Shown here one piece after another: positions 36,656 to 47,439 of a DNA stretch of 54,173 nucleotides (positions within the stretch are counted from its first letter, which is position 1; each line of letters begins with the position of its first letter). The notes under the pieces were generated by a model, which was not told where the DNA came from, did no database searches, and saw only the letters and a program-made list of their open reading frames with translations. A program made the translations under genes and the position numbers. Source of the stretch: Eledone cirrhosa (taxonomy: Eukaryota). The DNA lies in NCBI GenBank assembly GCA_964016885.1, contig CAXHJY010000707.1:1-54173 (forward strand), given 5' to 3'.

Positions 36656-37659
36656 TCACACATGTATCGATATTGTGTACTTAGATATCTCACTAGATTG
36701 TTCTCTGTTACTTAATATCCATTCTCCCAAAATGGAACAATTTTGCTTGAAGCCGTTCTGTAGAGCTGTCAAAGATGACAAAACAATTACTTATATTTTG
36801 TAATAATATATATTTTAATAACTAACATCCTGTAATGATTGAGAAGAATATATATAAAAACAGGTTTGTTAATTCAAATGTTTTTAGTATTTTTGCTAGT
36901 AGACAGATTGCTGTGTCAATTACTGTGGGTCAATTACTGTGGACCAATTTAATTGATTCTACTCCATCATCTAATTGCGATTTTCACTTATACAAAACAT
37001 CATATTTCACTTGGTATTGAGAATGTTCATGACCACATTTTTTAGGCTAATTACTTCCCACAAGAGGCCAGCCTGTTGGAAAAGAAGTATACTATCTGCC
37101 TGGTCTTTAAGGTCAATTATTTTCCATGAGAAGCTGGCCTGATGTGAAAGGGGGTTTATTATCTGCTAATTTTTTATGACCAATTACTTCCCGCAAAAAA
37201 CCAGCATGCTGAGGAAGGGAGTTTACTATCTTGACAGAAGCATCCCTCTTTTCTGGTGAGAGGAAGTGGGATTTTAACTCAGAATGTACAGAACTGGAAC
37301 AGAAACTATGAAACATTCCATCTGACTCTTTAATGATTCTGTTAATCCACTGCTTTTGAACTGGTGGTTTATTGACCCAGGAGGGAATTGATTTCAGGGT
37401 ACAGGAGGATATTACTACATCATAAAAGAAGCTTATTAAAAATTGTTTAGTATCAACAAAAAGATGAATTATTTAAAAAGATGGAAATATATAATTGTTC
37501 TATATCCAGAGAGTATTAAAAGAATGAAATGGAAAAAAAAATGTATTGCTCACACTTATAGAGGTTTAGTTGGCATCGTATGAGGCTGCATCTCATAGGT
37601 GGTTTCTTAGATGCTTTAATGATAGAGGCCCTAGTTCTATCATGAAAAACAATCTGAAA

Positions 37660-37760
37660 TGAAACCTCTTGCTCAAGAACACAACATGCCACTTAGTTTA
37701 GGAATCTAACCCATGACCTTATGATTATGAGTCCAACACCCTACCCACTAGGCCATGCAA
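37660..37760 (-). mobile_element. tRNA-derived SINE head
   Basis: Minus strand TGGCCTAGTGGGTAGG (A box) ... GGTTAGATTCC (B box) ... GTGTTCTTGAGCAAG. Confidence 0.7.
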
Positions 37761-37944
37761 CAATATATTTAGAAACCAACATTATTACTACGTCTTGAAA
37801 GCAATTCTGAGGAGTACCCCAATCAGATCATACAACACAATAGCAATAAGAACAATTAATATGAAAAATGGAAGAAATACAAAGAATTTTTGGTCCCCTA
37901 AGCGTAATGCCATTGTAGAGAACTTAAAGTATGAACACACTTAA

Positions 37945-38179
37945 CCCTTTTGTTACCAAACTGAATTGCTCCTGGTTCTATGATACAAAACTATTTATTA
38001 TCATGTGTTTATATTTATATAAAAACCTTCCACCATAATTTTATGTATGAACCTTTATTGTGCTCCAAACGCCAGCTTAATAATGAGAAAGTAAGTGATA
38101 TTTCTAAATCCCTCAAAATTCTTGATTATTTTCAAATTCCTAGGTAGTGTCTTTCATAAGAAATTTAGTAATAAAAGAG
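37945..38179 (+). mobile_element. TTAA-MITE (family B), full length
   Basis: TTAA-CCCTTTTGTTACCAAA ... TTTAGTAATAAAAGAG-TTAA. Confidence 0.8.
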
Positions 38180-38227
38180 TTAATTAAGATACTAGTGTGT
38201 GGATAATATTATTTCTCAAGTAATAGT

Positions 38228-38595
38228 AGCAGTTTATAAATATCTCAAGTGGAACTTAACCAGTTGAGTGTTGTGTTGAGTAGAACTTATTTATTTAACT
38301 TGCTGAGTGTTGTGTTAATTGGTAAGAAAGAACTTACTTATGGAGTGTTGTGTCAAGCAGAACTCATATATCCCATTGAGTGTGGTGTTGAGTGGAATTT
38401 ATTTAACCTGTTGAGTGTTGTGTTGAATGGAACTTATGTAACCAGTGAAGTGTTGTTTCAAGTGGAAATTATTTAACTCGATAAGCGTTGTATTGAGTGG
38501 AACATATGTTGAGTGTAGTGTTGAGTGGATCTTATGTAACTTGTTTATTGTTGTATTGAATAGAACTTATTTAGCCTGTTGAGTGCAGCGTTATT
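38228..38595. repeat. Degenerate ~30-40-bp tandem repeat (GTGGAACTTATTTAACCTGTTGAGTGTTGTGTTGA), ~10 units
   Basis: Seen directly. Confidence 0.85.
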
Positions 38596-38797
38596 CAACC
38601 ATGATAATAAGAGTTAAAATATGATTTTAGCTTACTGAACTGAGATGAGTTTTAGAATAATTAATCAATGCAGAGCTGTCTAGAAAATTAAACATATAAT
38701 ATATTCAGGCACAACAGAAATGTTTTAAGAAATATTGATAGTCCAAATAGACTTAAGATTATTCAAGGAAATTCAGTTTCATTCACAACAGAGTTTT

Positions 38798-38831
<34 letters not shown>

Positions 38832-40145
38832 TCTTCAATAGATACATGCAAATTTCTACTGCATCTCCATATTCCTGAAGTGTGTGCAGCAGCATTGTGT
38901 GTTCTTATTTTTGTGTGTGTAGGGGGGGGGGGGGGTTAGATTTTGGGTGAGCGAGTACAGACTCCTCCTGTTAGTATACTGTGTCAGTCTTGTTTTGTTA
39001 AGGGTTTAGTTCATAGTTTTTTTCTGTTATTTTAATGTTTGTTCTGTTGTTGTATAGTGTGTGTTGTTATTATCATTTTTGTTTCTGTTGTTGTTGTTTT
39101 TCACTTTTGTTTTTATCTCAGGTAAACATTTTCAAAAACCCCAACATAAAAGACAAAATGTTTTTATTAAATATATTGGAATAATTTCAGAAAAATGTGA
39201 AAAATATTTTCCTTTTGCTAAATGTATGTAAATAAATCTTTAAATTGTATATTTTGTTAAAAGTTATACTGAAAATATGTACAATCTTATATATATATAC
39301 ACAGGCTGTCTTTACAGGTATATAAAAAATAAACAAAATAATCCTCTCACTTAATTATTAATTAACACAAGTTTCTAATGCTTTATATTCAGTGTAATCT
39401 GAATTCAATTGGTTAAAACACAAAGGATAATTATTTCACTCACAAGAGACAGTTATTTCAGTGTGAAAAATTGTACAAACATTTATAAAAAAAACTAACA
39501 ACAAAACGATTAGTTGTAACCTTTGTTGAACATGTGATTCAAAGTATTGCAATTGAACCTGAAATTGTTTGAAAATATTTAACTCTTAACATCCTGTAAC
39601 GATTTAATAGAGACCATTTAAAAACAGGTTTGTTAATTCAAATGATTATAGCATCTTTACGAGTGAATGGATTGTTGCGAAATCTTGCAGTATTTGATTA
39701 AAGAATTTAATTTTTAATGTGATGCTGTTATGATGCTGTTTTGTTCTTTTCAAGAATGCCTTGCTAATGTGACTTCATGTGGTACAGGACGTTAAGAAGT
39801 AATGAAAATAGTTTAATGAAGAATCACACTTAAGTGAGATAAAGCTGAATTCCTTGAAAGTGTACACTTTGGGGCAATTTGGCTTGACATTTTTTATTTT
39901 TTCATTTCTTTTTTTTTTTGCCAACTTAAAAAAATATTCGTATAAAGACCATTGCAAAAGACTTGATCATTAACAATGAACTAGATTGATTGTTCTTGTG
40001 AATAGGGGATGTCAAAATGCCAATTCGAATATCTAAAATGGCCAGCAGACCTCAGCAACTGACGAAATAGTCCTTTAAGTATCTGCTACCAGAGAAAAAA
40101 AATCAAAACAAAGAAACAAAATAAATTATTAACATCATAACATAA

Positions 40146-40192
<47 letters not shown>

Positions 40193-40733
40193 CGCGTCAT
40201 TCTATGTTCCATATGCAAATTATGGTACTCAAGAAATGTAGCAGGATCTCAAGCAGGCTAGCAAAGAACATACGTTTTATATGTGGTTGATGCTTGTATG
40301 CACGGGCTGTATATGTACTTGAAAGGACCAAGCCTTATACCAATGGTACCAAGAGATGTTTTCCCTGCCTCAGAGAAAAATTTAAGATATTACAAGGTTT
40401 GTCATTTGCAAACAATCCTTATTTGAACTCTAAGAATGAAATTTTCCTATGATATCTATATTTCATGGATGTGCTGGTGTGATCTTAGATCAGTATGAGG
40501 CATGCATACTTTTATACATAAGAAACATTTAAAGAAAGAATAAGAATTACTCCCAATGCTATTGCTATTAATTTCATTTTCACAAACTTTTGCTTCATTT
40601 CAGCATGCTTAACTCTGTCAAGCTCAAAATCATTTACACCCTTCCAAACCATACCTGGCTATGCTTCCCTATCTATTGCGAGTGATTAAAGGCTTTTGTA
40701 ACATAATTTAAAACATTTCAAATTTGAATTTAA

Positions 40734-40909
40734 CCCTTTTTATATTAATCTATATATGATATCACATAATATCAAATCTATGAGATTTTGATATTATTTA
40801 TTTTAAGAACAATACCTTAACATCAGTATGAGTGGCCTGTTATGGTCAGTTTTGACAGGAAGAGGTGAGAAAATTCTGGCTGGATATGGCCGGTTTAAAT
40901 GCTAAAGAG
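40734..40909. mobile_element. MITE family A, inverted and internally deleted copy
   Basis: TTAA at 40730-33 and 40910-13. The body is the reverse complement of 13882-14040 (e.g. TATTTTAAGAACAATACCTTAACATCAGTATGAG). Confidence 0.85.
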
Positions 40910-41004
40910 TTAAAGAATCGCTGTATCTCTTCTTTAGTTTATTATTTTTTCTCTTTCCCAGCATAAGCTCACCAACACTTTTTTTTATATATGCATATGA
41001 GCAT

Positions 41005-41035
<31 letters not shown>

Positions 41036-41051
41036 TAAATATATATATACA

Positions 41052-42369
41052 CAAGGTGGTATCAAAAGTTCTCAGACTAGTTATGTTTAAAAAAAACTAA
41101 TATATTTACCTAAGTTTTAATATCATCTCCTTTGAAATAGTCACCTTGTGCAGCAATATACCGGTCCCAGCATTCCTGCCACTTTTGTAATCCAGCCTGG
41201 AAGTTGTCTTCTGTAAGTGAGTCAAGGGCCTTCTGCGATTCGCTAAGGATCTTGGCAACAGTGTTAAAACAGCAAGCTTTGAGCTGCATTTTCAGCTTGG
41301 AGAAGAGATGGAAATCTACAGGTGCTAGATCTGGCGAATACGGTGAGTGCGCAAGTGATACAATTTTGTTTTAGGCAAGAAACTCACAAGTGAGGAGAGC
41401 TCAGTGATGGGGTGCACTGTCATCATGAAGAATCCAATTCTTCATGCTCCACAGATCCAGTTGCTTTCGCCAAACGTCCTCCCTGAAACACATCAAAACA
41501 TGGCAGTAGACCTCTTGATTGATGGTCTGGCTCTGGGGGATGAATTTTCAATGCATAATACGGCAGATGTTGAAAAAATGATGTGCATGCTTTTGATTGA
41601 GCTGCGGCTTTGTCGGGCCTACTTCGGTCATGTAGATGAAGGGATTTTCCTCTGTGTCAACTGCTGCTTCGTCTCAGGGTTGTACCCATATATACAACTC
41701 TCGACACCAGAGATGATCCTCGACATGAAGGATGGCTCATAAGCAGCACACTGACAGAGATCTTGACAGACTTCAACGTGATGTTCTTTCTGCTCAGTGG
41801 TCAGCAGGTGGAGATAAGCTTGGCAGTGACATGCTGCATGTACAATTCAGACGTTTGGATTGCCTGCACAGATGCATATGACAGACCAACAACATCAGCA
41901 ATATCATTGATTGTCTTCTGATGATCCTCATGCACAAGCTGATTAATTTTCTTCACATGTTCGGGGGTCACGCGCGTGGTTGGTCTTCCAGATCACTGAT
42001 CATCTTCCAGGGACTTTCTTCCACTTTTGAAACACCCATTCCACCTGGAACATTGCATACAACCCATTGCCTCACCGCTGTAAGCTTGCCAAAGCATGCT
42101 CAATGTTTCTGTAGTAGAATTTCCAAATTAAACGCAAAATTTCATGTTGGCTCTTTGTTCCAACTTCCTGTTCATTACAAAATCACAGGCTACAGTATAC
42201 ATGTGATAAAAAAAACACAAATTTCATAACTTGTGAAGTAAACACAGTGATGTCACTTGGCACACTATCACATGAAGGTCACTGTTAGATCTTACTGCAT
42301 GCACAACTGTGTGTTGCCATCTGTTGGTGTGCTACAGAACTAGTCCGGAAACATTTTGATAGTACCTTG
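41052..42369 (-). mobile_element. Full-length decayed mariner transposon (~1.3 kb)
   Basis: ~30-bp TIRs CAAGGTGGTATCAAAAGTTCTCAGACTAGTT / AACTAGTCCGGAAACATTTTGATAGTACCTTG in (TA)n. Minus-strand relics NMKFC..STTETL, ESCIYGYNPETKQQ, HDDSAPHH and PYSPDLAPVDFHLF. Confidence 0.93.
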
Positions 42370-42394
42370 TATATATATATATGTATAAGTTTAG

Positions 42395-42610
42395 GTCAAG
42401 TGAGGCTTGTGCTTGAAGCTTTTTAAGTATTACACAGGACCAATCCCATTCCCTAAATAATGATGACGATTATCCAAAAAGAGGAACAGGTCAACATCAT
42501 TGGCTGCCATCAAGTCACATGTTTTACATATCAGTTTTCCTTCTAGAACGATGTCCTAACAAGGACTAGTGGTCTCTCACTCCAGGTGAACTAACCATGC
42601 AATCAGGCAA
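42395..42610 (-). mobile_element. Diverged partial copy of the 29477-29975 element
   Basis: Shared CCAATCCCA, TCAACATCATTGG and CTTCT(CC)TAGAA..ATG.CCT.ACAA.G.CTAG motifs in the same order. Confidence 0.65.
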
Positions 42611-42634
42611 CATTCCTAGTATTTTCATATATAC

Positions 42635-42675
<41 letters not shown>

Positions 42676-42678
42676 TAG

Positions 42679-42711
<33 letters not shown>

Positions 42712-42713
<2 letters not shown>

Positions 42714-43281
42714 CTATGCAAAGTAAACAATTTACCACATTCTGAGAGGTGGTGTGAGGGTGGGCCAGAGGCGGTGATAGAGGACGATCGGGTGAAGGTG
42801 CTGTGGGATTTTAGGATACAGACGGACAAGAGGCTTGAACACAATGGACCTGACCTCGTGGTTGTGGACAAAGAAAAAAGATCGTGCCTGATTGTGGATG
42901 TGGCCTGCCCATTCGACACAGGAGTGCAAGAGAAGGAGAGGGAGAGAGTTGACCGATACCAGGACTTAAAGTGGGAGGTGGGAAGAATTTGGGACTGCCA
43001 TGAAGTCAAAGTGATCCCGATTGTCATCGGCGCACTAGGGACTATCTCAAAAAGTTTCCAGGGATGGTTAAAGAAAATTGGCCCCTTCACGCTTTTTGGA
43101 ACGCTTCAAAAGGCATGCTTGCTGGGAACAGCAAGAACCCTCCGATACATCCTAAATATCTGAGGCTGCAGGTAGTGGCTTGATATTCATTTCAACAAAC
43201 TTTCCACTTAACTAACATCAATGACTGAGACTCAAAGAGTAATAATAATAATAATAATAATGATGATAATAATAATAATAA
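42712..43281 (+). mobile_element. R4/Dong-type non-LTR 3' fragment (restriction-like endonuclease) in (TAA)n
   Basis: VLWDFRIQTD..PDLVVVD..LIVDVACP..RYQDL (PD..D endonuclease), stop at 43163, (TAA)n on both sides. Confidence 0.88.
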
Positions 43282-43545
43282 TACTTTCTTTATTAACCAC
43301 AAGGGTTTACATAAAGAAGACATTAAGGACAGTACAGAATAATACAGGACGGTACAAATGGGCATTTCTGCGTGTAAAAAAAACAGAGGATGTAATAAAA
43401 AAATAACAATGAAAAATTCCCCAATAGGGGGGAGATTTCCGAGGGACATTTGTGGAGAAAGCCCATTAAAAGGCCACAGTGACCCTGACCAACAGGGCAA
43501 GTGCCCTCTCCCAGTTTTCCACCTTTAATTTACAGACAGATACTC
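43282..43545 (-). mobile_element. 3'UTR fragment of a second Tx1-like family
   Basis: Minus strand shares GCACTTGC, CTCCCCCCTATTGGGGA, TTTTACACG and CCCTTGTGG(C/T)TAATAAAGAAA, in order, with 16990-17194. Confidence 0.8.
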
Positions 43546-43559
43546 ATAATAATAATAAT

Positions 43560-45028
43560 AGACATTAATCTTGATCAGGGGAATGTGATAAGAGAACTTG
43601 ATCAAGAGGAAACTTACAGATTTCTAGGTGTTTGTGAAGGAGACGGAATCAAGCACTCAACAATGAGGGAAAGGATACAGAAGGAATGTTACTGCAGAGT
43701 AAGAGCAATCTTAAGACCGGAATTGAATGCAAGGAATAGGATCGATGCCATAAACACGCTTGCCATACCAGTAGTAACCTACAGTTTCAATGTCATCAAC
43801 TAGTCAAGCACAGAGATCTGTAGGCTCGATACAAAAATTAGAAAATGCTTAACCATGCACAGAATGCATCACCCTAAGGCAGATACAGATAGAATCTATC
43901 TCCCTAGGAAAGAAGGAGGACATTGATTAATCCAGTTAGATATTGATTTGAAAACTGCAACAATTGGATTATCTACATATCTAAGGGAATCACATGACTG
44001 GATGATCAAACTCGTTTTGAAACATGAAAGCATCAAAAGATCATATTCCATTACAAAAGATGCACAAAGATACAGAAATGGGCTTCAAATTTCAGAAGAT
44101 CTATTTACTGCTGAAATGAAAAACACTGAAAAAGCAAAGCAGGTAAAAGTAACTACAAAGAAAGAACTGCTACAGAAGCTGGCTAAGAAATGGCAAGAAA
44201 AGCCTCTGTATGGAAAATACCCAGAAAGAGCTAACAATCCTGATGTTGACAAAACTTTAACCCATCAGTGGTTGGCATCCTCTGGACTGAAATCGGAGAC
44301 TGAAGGACTGATTATATCAGCACAAGATCAGTGTCTGCCAACAAAAGATTATCAAGCCAACATAATAAAAAGTGGATGCAACCCATTATTCCGTGTATGT
44401 AAAAAACAACCAGTGCAGTCCTGTAGCTCCAACCGAATACCTAAACAGGCATGACAGAGCTGCACAATACATACATTGGATAATGTGTAAGCATTTTGAC
44501 CTGCCCCATCAAAAGAATTGGTGGGAGCATCAATCACCTCCCGTACTTGAAAAAGATCACATCTCAATCTTGTGGAATTTAGCATCCAAACAGACCAAAA
44601 AATAGATGCAAATAGACCTGATATAATACTGAAGGACTTTAAAAAGAGGGTATGCCTGCTAATTGATATGTCTGTTCCAATAGACAAGAATGTATCTATA
44701 AAAACATTTGAAACATTGGAAAAATGTGGAAGTTGTGAACTAAAACAATACCAGTGGTTGTAGGCCCTCTAGGAATGATACCTAAGGGGTCTAATGATTA
44801 CTTATCACATATCCGTGTATAGGAGAAATACAAAAGATAGTACTAATGGGAACTGTCCATATACTAAGGAAGATTCTGTCAATATAAGTACATCACAAGT
44901 CTAAACACCTAAAGATGCATGTGTGTGTATGTATGTTCTTTCTTCGAACATGGCGGATCTTGTTGTCTCTTGAGGTAACTGGTTGTGACTTGATAACTCG
45001 TATGAACATAAAGCAAGATAAATGCAAC

Positions 45029-45085
<57 letters not shown>
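43560..45085 (+). mobile_element. R4/Dong-type LINE, 5'-truncated (thumb, zinc-finger relic, RLE) with (TAA)n tail
   Basis: YRFLG, AINTLAIPVVTYSF, RIYLPRKEGG, LKSETEGLIISAQDQ, YLNRHD and RPDIILKD..LLIDMSVP, with stops and deletions. (AAT)n flanks. Confidence 0.9.
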
Positions 45086-45087
<2 letters not shown>

Positions 45088-45096
45088 ACAAGAACA

Positions 45097-45318
45097 AAGT
45101 ATCAATATCACATCATTATGTTAATTCACATGTGATGTGTGTTTCGTGATTGAACAGCTGAAGGTACTATCAGTTGCCGATTCCATTAATGAATCTACAA
45201 GTCTGATGAGCTATCAATTCCAGAGTCGGGCCTGATCAATACTGATTGTACCTTGAGCTGATTGTTCATGATATGCACATCACATGTGAATAAACATAAT
45301 GATGCTTTATTGATACTT
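45097..45318. repeat. 78-bp inverted repeat with 66-bp spacer; probable inverted pseudo-LTR pair with decayed hammerhead
   Basis: Arms 45097-45174 and 45241-45318 align ungapped with about 14 mismatches. The + strand reads TACAAGT-CTGATGA...GATA-TGCACA-TC-ACATGTG-AATAAA, and the other arm retains GAAA at the GATA position. Confidence 0.75.
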
Positions 45319-45604
45319 CATTCCTTCTCCTTATTGTTATTATTATTGAATAAAGAAATCATTATTATTATTATTATTATTATGATTATTATTAACAATA
45401 CTCTGCTACTGAAGGATACCGAAGTAGAACACCACATCGGCAACCAAACCCATATTGGCATTGAGGGCTCAAACTGGTGAGCCAATAGTAACTAAGCATT
45501 ACACATAGATAGATATATATACACATACACACACCGTGACAAGTGGAGAGATGGTGTGCTGAATAGGAGCCGTCCCACCCTTGCAAGCAGGGAAAAGTGA
45601 ATGT

Positions 45605-45663
<59 letters not shown>

Positions 45664-45920
45664 CGTCTATATTTCCCCATACCCCATACAACCTTCCTTG
45701 CTAGCATATATTGGTTGCTGTTTAATCCCAGCTCAACCTTGATGAAGTAGACTTATGGTCAAAGGTATTCCAACAATGACTATGCTATCTGTACAAGGGC
45801 CCTAGGTCTTCATTTTCCAGTGTGTCTATTTCTCAGAGTGTATTGTGTGACATGAGAGGAGATTTCACTGCTATTTATAGTACAGGTTAAGCAACTATGT
45901 AGAATTACAAAACAGACTAA

Positions 45921-46497
45921 CTCTTTTATTACTATATTTCTAATGAAATAATACAATGTAATTGAATCTAGTCATAAAAAAATGTAGAATGATTTACTAA
46001 AATGATTAATTGTCCCATTGAGATGGTATTTGAAATATACCATAGATTCTTATATAAAATTATAATGGAAGGTTAGATAAATATAAACACTTTAAAATAA
46101 GCAGCTTTCTATCGTAGAAACAGGAGAGGTTTCAAATGGTTTGGTATCAAAAAGGTTAGCCATTTTGATACCAAAACCACCTGAAACTATCCCTGTTTCT
46201 CTGGCATAGAAATGTTCATTTTAAAGTGTTCATACTAATATCAAAACCTCCTTTCATTATATTTTTATGTAAGAACCTTTCAAACACCAGAATGAAAATA
46301 TGGAGGTTATTTATATTACTTAATCTCTCCAAATTCTCGATTTTCAACTTTACTTGAAAACCTTAGGCAGTGCATTCCATTAGAAATATGGTAATGAAAG
46401 AATGAAATCATAGGCAGTGTGTTTCATTAGAAATATGGTAATGAAAAGGTTAAACCATAGACAGTGTCCTTTCATTAGAAATATGGTTGGGAAAGGG
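45921..46497. mobile_element. Head-to-head pair of family B MITEs; right copy has a triplicated 3' end
   Basis: Symmetry centre GGTATCAAAAAGG-TTAG-CCATTTTGATACC (46143-46172). CATTAGAAATATGGT occurs three times with ~47-bp period before GGG-TTAA at 46498. Confidence 0.8.
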
Positions 46498-47011
46498 TTA
46501 AAGGTGAGGTGAAAGGAGCAGGATACTAATGGTAAAGTCTCTTAGTCAGAGAGATAAAATGAAACGCTAACAAGTAGTGTATTATTCACAGTGGTTGAAT
46601 TTGTGTCAGAGAAAACTGAATAACTATAACATCAATGCAGGTAAATGGAAAACGGGGAAGAAAAATAAGGAAACAAAATATAAAACAATAAAAAAAAGAC
46701 ACCAGAAACGGAGGGGGTCACCCTCCAATAGTTGCACTGTGCCGTGGGAGGAGAAGGAAACGAAAATGAAAAATTACCAAGTTCTGCTTGCAATTCCTTT
46801 ACAATATAGCTGTAGTAGTAGTAACAGCAATATTAGTATAAGTGATCGTGATGCTAGTACTATTACTACTACAACTGCTGTTGCTGCTACATCTGTTACT
46901 ACCACTAACAACACCAATCCTAATAACACCTCCACTCCTAATACACCACCACCACCACCACCACCACAGCAGTTAGCGATTTCCCCCTTTTTTAAATAAA
47001 TAAATTCTACC

Positions 47012-47270
47012 TAGCAGCACCTGCAGCAGTAGTAAAAACAGAAGCAACTACAATAGCAATAGCAGCACCATCAGTAGCAGCTACAGCAACAACAGTAACA
47101 ACAGTAGAGCTACAGCAGCAATAACAACTGCTACAATAACTGCAGCAACAGTAACAACAGTAAAGCTACAGCAGCAATAACAATAGCTACAGCAACTGCT
47201 GCAACAACTGTAACAGTAGTGACTGCAATACCAACAGCAGAAGTATCAACAGCATCAACTTCAGCAGTAA
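47012..47270. repeat. Degenerate (CAG/CAA/TAG) triplet low-complexity tract
   Basis: Seen directly. Confidence 0.85.
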
Positions 47271-47439
47271 ATTTCCTCAGAATCCTCCCCACCACACACA
47301 TGCATACAAAGCTTTGCAGACCCTATATTTAACGAAACTGACAAATTTATTGAAATGGAAATTATCTAGGGGTTTCAGTTGAAGAGAAAAAAAAAGAGAA
47401 ATAAAGAAAGAAAGGCACACAAATAGATAGTAAATAAGA

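Noticed and set aside
40040-40090. CTGACGAAATAGTC as a hammerhead
   Set aside because: There is no helix II between the core halves and no helix I.
46591-46640. Candidate exon CAG|TGGTTG...GCAG|GTAAAT and the 140-aa ORF
   Set aside because: Weak pyrimidine tract, no recognisable peptide and a low-complexity downstream part. Unsupported without transcripts.
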